Source: a virus
UHGV virus genome: UHGV-0101498
Strand: one strand, 5' to 3'
Length of the DNA: 33,788 nt
Positions 26,592 through 33,788 of this stretch are shown piece by piece. The notes beneath the pieces are model-generated. The model saw nothing but the letters and a program-made list of their open reading frames with translations. It was not told where the DNA came from and did no database searches. The number at the start of each line of letters is the position of its first letter. Position 1 is the first letter of the stretch. Made by a program: the position numbers and the translations under genes.

Positions 26592-27764
26592 ATGGCTCAG
26601 GATTACCACCACGGGGTGCGCGTTGTTGAAGTCAACGAAGGCACCCGATCTATTACCACGGTGAGCACCGCCATCGTGGGTATGGTCTGCACGGGCGATG
26701 ATGCCGATGCAAAAATGTTTCCTCTTAATAAACCCGTGCTGATCACTGATGTGCTGACTGCCAGCGGTAAAGCGGGTGAGTCAGGTACTCTGGCCCGTTC
26801 GCTGGATGCCATCGCTGACCAGGCAAAACCCGTGACCATTGTTGTGCGTGTGCCGCAGGGTGAAACGGAAGACGAAACCACGACCAATATCATCGGCGCA
26901 GTGACTGCTGAAGGTAAAAAAACAGGTATGAAAGCCCTGTTATCTGCCCAGTCACAGCTCGGCGTTAAACCGCGCATTCTCGGCGTGCCAGGCCACGACA
27001 CCAAGGCGGTAGCTACTGAGTTGCTGAGCGTGGCGCAAAGCCTGCGTGGATTTGCTTACCTGTCAGCGTATGGCTGCAAGACAGTGCAGGAGGCGATCAC
27101 TTACCGCGAAAACTTCAGCCAGCGCGAAGGGATGCTGATCTGGCCTGACTTTACTGGCTGGGACACGGTGCTGAATGCCGAAGCAACGGCATATGCCACC
27201 GCCCGTGCGCTTGGTCTGCGCGCCAAAATTGACGAGCAGACCGGATGGCACAAAAGCCTGTCCAACGTGGGCGTGAACGGTGTCACCGGAATTTCTGCAG
27301 ATGTGTTCTGGGATCTGCAGGACCCGGCAACCGATGCAGGTCTGCTGAACCAGAACGACGTCACCACGCTTGTGCGTAAAGACGGTTTCCGCTTCTGGGG
27401 TTCCCGCTGCCTGAGTGATGACCCGCTCTTTGCCTTCGAAAACTACACCCGCACGGCGCAGGTGCTGATGGACACGATGGCAGAAGCACACATGTGGGCG
27501 GTGGATAAACCGCTTAACCCGTCGCTGGCCCGCGACATTATCGAAGGTATCCGCGCCAAAATGCGCAGCTTGGTCAGTCAGGGCTATCTCATTGGTGGTG
27601 ATTGCTGGCTGGATGAGTCGGTGAACGACAAAGACACACTGAAAGCCGGAAAACTCACCATCGACTACGACTACACGCCAGTGCCGCCACTTGAAAACCT
27701 GATGCTGCGTCAGCGCATCACCGATCAGTACCTGGTGAATTTCGCCAGCCAGGTCAGCGCGTAA
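26592..27764 (+). CDS. FI: Contractile tail sheath protein (P2 gpFI-like)
   Basis: 390 aa; position and P2 FI-like pattern. Confidence 0.9.
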   Translation: MAQDYHHGVRVVEVNEGTRSITTVSTAIVGMVCTGDDADAKMFPLNKPVLITDVLTASGKAGESGTLARSLDAIADQAKPVTIVVRVPQGETEDETTTNIIGAVTAEGKKTGMKALLSAQSQLGVKPRILGVPGHDTKAVATELLSVAQSLRGFAYLSAYGCKTVQEAITYRENFSQREGMLIWPDFTGWDTVLNAEATAYATARALGLRAKIDEQTGWHKSLSNVGVNGVTGISADVFWDLQDPATDAGLLNQNDVTTLVRKDGFRFWGSRCLSDDPLFAFENYTRTAQVLMDTMAEAHMWAVDKPLNPSLARDIIEGIRAKMRSLVSQGYLIGGDCWLDESVNDKDTLKAGKLTIDYDYTPVPPLENLMLRQRITDQYLVNFASQVSA

Positions 27765-27773
27765 GGGGACAAC

Positions 27774-28289
27774 ATGGCTTTACCACGCAAATTAAAACAC
27801 CTGAACCTGTTTAACGACGGGAACAACTGGCAGGGGATCGTTGAGTCGCTGACGCTGCCGAAATTTACCCGCAAATATGAGAAGTATCGCGGCGGCGGAA
27901 TGCCGGGTGCGGTGGATGTGGATCTGGGGCTTGATGACAGTGCGCTGGACACAGAATTTTCCATTGGTGGTACTGAATTGCTGCTGTTTAAACAGATGGG
28001 TAAAGCCACGGTGGATGGCATCCAGCTGCGCTTTACCGGCTCTATTCAGCGTGACGATACCGGGGAAGTGCAGGCCGTGGAGCTTGTCGTGCGTGGACGT
28101 CACAAAGAAGTGGATTCCGGCGAGTGGAAGACGGGCGAAAGCAACACCACCAAAGTGACCAGTACCAACAGCTACGCGAAGCTGACCATCAATGGTGAGG
28201 TGCTCTATGAAGTGGACCTTATCAACATGGTGGAAATTGTGGACGGTGTGGACCTGATGGAAGCGCACCGCAACGCCCTCGGCCTCTGA
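27774..28289 (+). CDS. FII: Tail tube protein (P2 gpFII-like)
   Basis: 171 aa, immediately after the sheath gene. Confidence 0.85.
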   Translation: MALPRKLKHLNLFNDGNNWQGIVESLTLPKFTRKYEKYRGGGMPGAVDVDLGLDDSALDTEFSIGGTELLLFKQMGKATVDGIQLRFTGSIQRDDTGEVQAVELVVRGRHKEVDSGEWKTGESNTTKVTSTNSYAKLTINGEVLYEVDLINMVEIVDGVDLMEAHRNALGL

Positions 28290-28343
28290 TATATCTGAAC
28301 GGCGCGGGATACCGCGCCAGAACCCAATTGACAGGACAGCAAA

Positions 28344-28646
28344 ATGAGCGATAAGCAGACTGAAAAGACCATTCAACTGGATACCCCCATCAAGCGCGGT
28401 AAAACAGAAATCACCGAAATTGTGCTGCGTAAACCGCAGTCCGGTGCGCTGCGCGGTACACGCCTGCAGGCCATTATGGATATGGATGTAAACGCGATGA
28501 TGACCGTGATCCCCCGCATCTCCAGTCCGGCACTGACTGCACAGGAAATTGCAGAGATGGACCCGGCAGATCTCACTGCCATGTCGGTTGAGGTTGTCAC
28601 TTTTTTGTTGAAGAAGTCGGTGCTTGCCGGTTTACCGACAGCCTGA
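28344..28646 (+). CDS. E: Tail assembly chaperone E (P2 gpE-like)
   Basis: 100 aa; followed by a slippery site and a -1 frame extension. Confidence 0.8.
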   Translation: MSDKQTEKTIQLDTPIKRGKTEITEIVLRKPQSGALRGTRLQAIMDMDVNAMMTVIPRISSPALTAQEIAEMDPADLTAMSVEVVTFLLKKSVLAGLPTA

Positions 28647-28780
28647 CGGTTGACGATCTGGTGGCAGATATCGCCACCATTTTTCACTGGCCGCCATCCG
28701 TTACTGACGTTATGCCGCTGACCGAAGTGCTGGAATGGCGGTATAAAGCGATTCAGAGAAGCGGGGCCAACGATGAGTGA
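28344..28780 (+). CDS. E': E+E' frameshift-extended tail chaperone (-1 PRF product)
   Basis: Hand-translated -1 frame after 28607 (VEEVGACRFTDSL...WRYKAIQRSGANDE*); conserved E/E' architecture of P2-like phages. Confidence 0.6.
28601..28607 (+). promoter_or_regulatory. Programmed -1 ribosomal frameshift slippery heptamer TTTTTTG
   Basis: T6G near the 3' end of E; the -1 frame stays open for 57 codons to a TGA at 28778-28780 that overlaps the T start. Confidence 0.65.
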
Positions 28781-31700
28781 TAACAACCTGCGTCTGCAGG
28801 TCATTCTTAATGCGGTTGACAAGCTCACCCGCCCATTTCGATCTGCGCAGGCCAGTTCAAGAGAACTGGCTGCTGCTGTCAAAAAATCCCGCGATGCAAT
28901 AAAGCAGCTTGATCAGGCCGGGAGCAGTCTGGACAGCTTCCGAAAGCTGCAGGCAGAAAATCAGAAATTAGGCGACAGGCTGAACTATGCCCGCCAGCGT
29001 GCAAATTTGCTCAGTCAGGAACTGGGAGCGATGGGGCCGCCTTCGCAACGTCAGGTTGTTGCTCTGGGCCGTCAACGGCTGGCTGTTCAGCGCCTGGAAG
29101 AACGCCAGAAAAAGCTGCAGCAGCAGACGGCGCTTGTGCGTGCTGAACTGTACCGGGCGGGAATTTCTGCGAAAGACGATGCGGGAGCAACTGCCCGTTT
29201 AGCCCGTGAAACATCACGTTATAACCAGGAGCTTTCGAAACAGGAGGCGCGGCTGAAGCGACTGGGTGAAGCTCAGCGCAGGATGAATGCGGCGCGTGCC
29301 AGTTATGCCCGTTCGCTGGAGGTGCGTGATCGTATTGCAGGTGCCGGAGCCACCACCACGGCTGCAGGGCTGGCAATGGGTGCGCCAGTGATGGCGGCAG
29401 TAAAAAGCTATACCAGCATGGAAGATGCCATGAAAGGTGTGGCAAAGCAGGTCAATGGTCTGCGTGACGATAATGGCAACCGCACTGCACGTTTTTATGA
29501 AATGCAGGATGCCATCAAGGCTGCCAGCGAACAGTTGCCGATGGAAAACGGTGCGGTGGACTTCGCTGCACTGGTTGAAGGTGGTGCGCGCATGAACGTC
29601 GCAAACCCTGACGACAGCTGGGAAGATCAGAAACGTGACCTGCTGGCCTTCGCCAGTACGGCAGCAAAGGCGGCAACAGCCTTTGAGCTGCCAGCGGATG
29701 AACTGTCAGAAAGTCTGGGGAAAATCGCCCAGCTCTACAAAATCCCCACCCGCAATATTGAACAGCTCGGTGATGCGCTGAACTATCTGGATGATAACGC
29801 CATGTCGAAAGGGGCAGACATCATTGATGTGATGCAACGTCTGGGCGGTGTGGCTGACCGTCTGGATTATCGTAAAGCGGCGGCGCTGGGTTCCACCTTC
29901 CTGACACTGGGCGCTGCGCCAGAGGTTGCAGCCAGTGCAGCAAACGCGATGGTGCGTGAATTGTCCATTGCCACCATGCAAAGCAAGAGTTTCTTTGAAG
30001 GGATGAATCTGCTGAAACTCAATCCTGAAGTGATTGAAAAGCAGATGACGAAGGATGCGATGGGAACCATCCAGCGCGTGCTGGAGAAGGTAAACGCGCT
30101 GCCGCAGGACAAGCGCCTGTCTGCCATGACTATGTTGTTTGGTAAAGAGTTTGGCGATGACGCGGCGAAACTGGCAAACAACCTGCCGGAACTGCAGCGT
30201 CAGTTAAAACTGACAGCGGGCAATGATGCGCTCGGCTCCATGCAGAAAGAATCCGACATTAACAAGGATTCACTTTCTGCGCAGTGGTTGCTGGTCAAAA
30301 CCGGAGCGCAGAACACCTTCAGCAGCCTGGGCGAAACGCTGCGCCAGCCGCTGATGGATATTCTGTACACGGTGAAAAGCGTCACGGGGGCGTTGCGTCG
30401 CTGGGTGGAAGCTAACCCGGAACTGACAGGCACACTGATGAAAGCATCGGCTGTTGTGGCTGCTGTTACCGTCGGCCTCGGCACCTTAGCGGTGGCGCTG
30501 GCTGCAGTGCTGGGGCCGCTGGCAGTGATCCGTCTGGGATTCTCTGTGTTGGGTATCAAAACGTTATCTTCCGTTACGGCAGCAGTAACCCGAACCAGCA
30601 GCGCGTTGTCCTGGCTGGCTGGCGCACCACTGGCACTGCTGCGACGCGGGCTTGCTTCATCGGGCAACGCCGCAGGTTTACTTACTGCGCCGTTGTCGTC
30701 TTTGCGCCGCACGGCATCACTGACGGGAAATGTCCTGAAAACTGTAGCAGGTGCGCCGGTTGCACTTTTGCGGTCTGGATTATCCGGTTTACGTGCTGTT
30801 GCTGTGATGTTTATGAATCCTCTGGCGGTACTGCGCGGTGGACTGGCCGCCGCAGGCATGGTGCTGCGAGTACTGGCATCTGGTCCACTGGCGATGCTGC
30901 GCGTTGCCCTGTATGCCATATCTGGTCTGTTAGGTGCTCTGCTCAGTCCGATAGGTCTTGTGGTTACTGCACTGGCGGGCGTGGCGCTGGTTGTCTGGAA
31001 ATACTGGCAACCCATCACCGCATTTCTCGGTGGCGTGGTGGAAGGATTCAAAGCGGCGGCAGGTCCCATCAGTGCAGCGTTCGAACCGCTTAAGCCCGTG
31101 TTCCAGTGGATTGGCGACAAAGTGCAGGCGCTGTGGGGCTGGTTTACTGATCTGCTGACGCCCGTTAAGTCGACCTCTGCCGAACTGCAGAGCGCAGCGG
31201 CAATGGGGCGGCGATTCGGGGAGGCACTGGCGGAAGGGCTGAATATGGTCATGCATCCGCTGGACTCCCTGAAATCCGGCGTTTCCTGGTTGCTGGAGAA
31301 GCTCGGCATTGTCAGTAAAGAGGCCGCAAAGGCAAAACTGCCGGAAAGCGTGACGCGTCAGCAACCTGCGACGGTGAATGCAGACGGTAAAGTGATGATG
31401 CCATCGGGTGGTTTTCCATCATGGGGATATGGCTTTGCGGGGATGTATGACAGCGGCGGGTATATCCCGCGCGGGCAGTTTGGCATCGTCGGTGAAAACG
31501 GGCCGGAAATTGTTAACGGCCCGGCAAATGTGACCAGCCGGAGAAATACAGCTGCACTGGCTGCCGTTGTTGCCGGAATGATGGGCGTTGCTGCCGCGCC
31601 AGCAGAGCTTCCACCGTTGCACCCTTTGGCACTTCCCGCGAAAGGTGGAGAAGCAATTGTGAGTCGCGCAGCCACTGTGCCGCTCGTTCAACGGATTGAG

Positions 31701-31850
31701 GCACCGACGCAGATCATCATTCAGACGCAGCCAGGACAAAGTGCGCAGGATATTGCGCGGGAGGTGGCACGCCAGCTTGATGAACGTGAACGCAGGCTGA
31801 AGGCAAAAGCCAGGAGTAACTACAGCGATCAGGGGGGATACGACGCATGA
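28773..31850 (+). CDS. T: Tail tape-measure protein (P2 gpT-like), 1025 aa
   Basis: Very long coiled-coil/Ala-rich ORF after E/E'. Confidence 0.9.
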   Translation: MSDNNLRLQVILNAVDKLTRPFRSAQASSRELAAAVKKSRDAIKQLDQAGSSLDSFRKLQAENQKLGDRLNYARQRANLLSQELGAMGPPSQRQVVALGRQRLAVQRLEERQKKLQQQTALVRAELYRAGISAKDDAGATARLARETSRYNQELSKQEARLKRLGEAQRRMNAARASYARSLEVRDRIAGAGATTTAAGLAMGAPVMAAVKSYTSMEDAMKGVAKQVNGLRDDNGNRTARFYEMQDAIKAASEQLPMENGAVDFAALVEGGARMNVANPDDSWEDQKRDLLAFASTAAKAATAFELPADELSESLGKIAQLYKIPTRNIEQLGDALNYLDDNAMSKGADIIDVMQRLGGVADRLDYRKAAALGSTFLTLGAAPEVAASAANAMVRELSIATMQSKSFFEGMNLLKLNPEVIEKQMTKDAMGTIQRVLEKVNALPQDKRLSAMTMLFGKEFGDDAAKLANNLPELQRQLKLTAGNDALGSMQKESDINKDSLSAQWLLVKTGAQNTFSSLGETLRQPLMDILYTVKSVTGALRRWVEANPELTGTLMKASAVVAAVTVGLGTLAVALAAVLGPLAVIRLGFSVLGIKTLSSVTAAVTRTSSALSWLAGAPLALLRRGLASSGNAAGLLTAPLSSLRRTASLTGNVLKTVAGAPVALLRSGLSGLRAVAVMFMNPLAVLRGGLAAAGMVLRVLASGPLAMLRVALYAISGLLGALLSPIGLVVTALAGVALVVWKYWQPITAFLGGVVEGFKAAAGPISAAFEPLKPVFQWIGDKVQALWGWFTDLLTPVKSTSAELQSAAAMGRRFGEALAEGLNMVMHPLDSLKSGVSWLLEKLGIVSKEAAKAKLPESVTRQQPATVNADGKVMMPSGGFPSWGYGFAGMYDSGGYIPRGQFGIVGENGPEIVNGPANVTSRRNTAALAAVVAGMMGVAAAPAELPPLHPLALPAKGGEAIVSRAATVPLVQRIEAPTQIIIQTQPGQSAQDIAREVARQLDERERRLKAKARSNYSDQGGYDA

Positions 31851-32332
31851 TGATGGTGCTGGGATTGTACGTGTTTATGCTGCGCACCGTTCCGTATCAG
31901 GAACTGCAGTATCAACGCAGCTGGCGACATGCGGCAAACAGTCGGGTAAACCGACGTCCGTCCACGCAGTTTCTGGGACCGGAAAACGACATGCTGACGC
32001 TTTCCGGTGTTCTTATGCCGGAAATAACAGGCGGCAGGCTGTCGTTGCTGGCACTGGAGCAGATGGCAGAACAGGGGAAAGCATGGCCCCTGATTGAAGG
32101 CAGCGGCACGATTTACGGCATGTATGTGATTGAGGGACTGAATCAGACTAAAACGGAGTTTTTCCGCGATGGTATGCCGCGCCGGATTGAGTTCACCCTG
32201 TCGCTCAAACGGGTGGATGAATCCCTGTCCGATATGTTCGGTGATCTCAGTGCGCAGCTGAATAATTTGCAGGATACGACAACGTCTGCCTTAAGCGATA
32301 TCAGTAAAACGGTGGGAGGGCTGCTGTCGTGA
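31847..32332 (+). CDS. U: Tail protein (P2 gpU-like)
   Basis: 161 aa; overlaps the T stop. Confidence 0.8.
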   Translation: MMMVLGLYVFMLRTVPYQELQYQRSWRHAANSRVNRRPSTQFLGPENDMLTLSGVLMPEITGGRLSLLALEQMAEQGKAWPLIEGSGTIYGMYVIEGLNQTKTEFFRDGMPRRIEFTLSLKRVDESLSDMFGDLSAQLNNLQDTTTSALSDISKTVGGLLS

Positions 32333-33429
32333 ATTTCAGTTCTGAACTGCTTAACAAAGGCAACAAAACTCCGGCATTCAGCATCAGTATTGAGGGTAAG
32401 GATATCACCACTGTGCTGGATAACCGCCTGATGAGTCTGACGCTGACGGACAATCGGGGCTTTGAAGCGGACCAGCTTGATCTGGAGCTGGACGACGCCG
32501 ACGGAAAAATCGTGCTGCCGCGCCGTGGTGCGGTCATTACGCTGGCGTTGGGCTGGAAGGGGCAGTCGCTTTTCCCGAAAGGAGCATTCACGGTGGACGA
32601 GATTGAACACACTGGCGCACCGGACCGCCTGACTATCCGGGCGCGAAGTGCTGATTTTCGTGAAACCCTGAATACCCGCCGTGAAAAATCGTGGCACAAG
32701 ACCACCGTTGGGGAAGTGGTGAAGGAAATAGCTGCGCGGCACAAACTGAAGATGGCATTGGGTGAAGACCTGTCGGATAAACCTGTGGAGCATATAGACC
32801 AGACCAATGAGAGTGACGGCAGTTTTCTGATGCGGCTGGCGCGCCAGTACGGTGCTATTGCGTCGGTGAAAAATGGCAATCTGTTATTCATCCGGCAGGG
32901 ACAGGGCAAAAGCGCCACTGGTAAACCACTGCCGGTGATCACTATCACACGCAAGGACGGCGACAGTCACCGCTTTACCCTGGCAGATCGCGGAGCCTAC
33001 ACGGGGGTAATTGCCAGCTGGTTGCATACCCGCGAACCCGCGAAGAAAGAAAGCACTACGGTGAAGCGTAAGCGCAGGACTAAGAAGCAGAAGAAAGAGC
33101 CGGAAGCGAAGCAGGGCGATTACCTGGTGGGGACGGATGAAAACGTGCTGGTACTTAATCGCACTTATGCCAACCGGAGCAACGCCGAACGAGCGGCAAA
33201 AATGCAGTGGGAACGCCTGCAACGCGGCGTTGCGTCATTCTCGCTACAACTGGCGGAAGGGCGGGCAGATCTCTACACGGAAATGCCTGTGAAGGTCAGT
33301 GGTTTTAAACAGCCGATAGATGATTCGGAATGGACCATTACGACTCTGACACATACCGTCAGCCCGGATAACGGTTTTACGACCAGTCTGGAGCTTGAAG
33401 TGAAGATTGATGATTTCGAAATGGAATGA
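32329..33429 (+). CDS. D: Tail protein (P2 gpD-like, late control D family)
   Basis: 366 aa; overlaps the U stop. Confidence 0.85.
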   Translation: MNFSSELLNKGNKTPAFSISIEGKDITTVLDNRLMSLTLTDNRGFEADQLDLELDDADGKIVLPRRGAVITLALGWKGQSLFPKGAFTVDEIEHTGAPDRLTIRARSADFRETLNTRREKSWHKTTVGEVVKEIAARHKLKMALGEDLSDKPVEHIDQTNESDGSFLMRLARQYGAIASVKNGNLLFIRQGQGKSATGKPLPVITITRKDGDSHRFTLADRGAYTGVIASWLHTREPAKKESTTVKRKRRTKKQKKEPEAKQGDYLVGTDENVLVLNRTYANRSNAERAAKMQWERLQRGVASFSLQLAEGRADLYTEMPVKVSGFKQPIDDSEWTITTLTHTVSPDNGFTTSLELEVKIDDFEME

Positions 33430-33519
33430 TTCTTCGCAATGGAGAACTTTTAAGTTTTCAAAATGGAATAATGCGGTATCATTATTGTGAATTTAGCAAA
33501 AATGGGGAGAACTCGAAAA

Positions 33520-33738
33520 ATGATGATTTGCCCACTGTGTGGAAGTGCCGCCCATACTCGCAGCAGTTTTCAGGTATCTTCATTGACCAAAGAGCGTTAC
33601 AACCAGTGCCAGAACATTAACTGCAGCCATACTTTTGTTACCCATGAAACTTTTGTTCGTTCGATTGCAACGCCAAAAGAGTCAAATCCGGTTCAGCCGC
33701 ATCCAATGAAATCAGGACAGGTGGCGCTCTCTCTTTGA
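33520..33738 (+). CDS. ogr: Late gene transcriptional activator, Ogr/Delta zinc-finger family
   Basis: CPLCGSAAHTRSS...KERYNQCQNINCSHTF matches P2 Ogr (CPLCQHAAHARTS...KERYHQCQNVNCSATF) as recalled; GGGGAGA RBS. Confidence 0.85.
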   Translation: MMICPLCGSAAHTRSSFQVSSLTKERYNQCQNINCSHTFVTHETFVRSIATPKESNPVQPHPMKSGQVALSL

Positions 33739-33760
33739 CGCTGCCGCCAATTTGTCGCCA
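33738..33760. repeat. Putative attR core
   Basis: 22/23 match to 708-730, immediately after the ogr stop. Confidence 0.5.
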
Positions 33761-33788
33761 TCGTTAAAAAACAGTGCTTCTAACATCA

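Larger units (their letters stand above)
708..33760. mobile_element. P2/186-like integrated prophage (about 33 kb) bounded by 23-bp imperfect direct repeats
   Basis: Complete P2-type gene set in prophage order (int...A...cos...Q...D ogr); direct repeat ACGCTGCCGCCA[C/A]TTTGTCGCCA at 708-730 and 33738-33760. Confidence 0.8.

Noticed and set aside
30200-31309. 369-aa minus-strand ORF inside the tape-measure gene T
   Set aside because: Antisense to T; Ala/Ser/Pro/Arg-rich junk-like translation; no RBS context.
32143-32954. Two minus-strand ORFs (216 and 217 aa) inside U and D
   Set aside because: Antisense to well-supported tail genes; composition is typical of non-coding frames.
1-33788. CRISPR arrays, tRNA and rRNA genes
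   Set aside because: No regularly spaced short direct repeats and no cloverleaf-like or rRNA-like segments were seen by eye; the att core is not inside an obvious tRNA.

Overview
The window is an almost complete P2/186-like (Peduovirus-type) prophage of about 33 kb, integrated just downstream of a TetR-family regulator gene that reads as E. coli rcdA (ybjK). All calls rest on reading the supplied translations and the DNA by eye; no database search was run. Family assignments, and the P2/186 protein fragments and cos end quoted as evidence, are from memory. Probable att core repeats lie at 708-730 and 33738-33760. Gene order in the prophage is int, a 186-type switch (cI, apl, cII), small early ORFs, a TraR-like zinc finger, Dam methylase, replication protein A, an SOS-box-controlled tum-like/DinI-like module, a cos-like site, then the full P2-type late set (Q P / O N M L X holin K lysA lysB lysC R S V W J I H G / FI FII E E' T U D ogr). 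Three visibly AT-rich cargo islands interrupt this backbone. (1) A two-gene operon between cos and portal gene Q encodes a trypsin-like serine protease and a small membrane-anchored protein; this is my best candidate for an undescribed phage-defence or abortive-infection module. (2) The G-FI (Z/fun) locus carries a membrane acyltransferase, a second DinI-like gene behind two LexA boxes, a short tyrosine recombinase and a Hin-like serine invertase. (3) A small secreted cysteine-rich protein sits inside the cI-int operon. No tRNA, rRNA or CRISPR array was seen.
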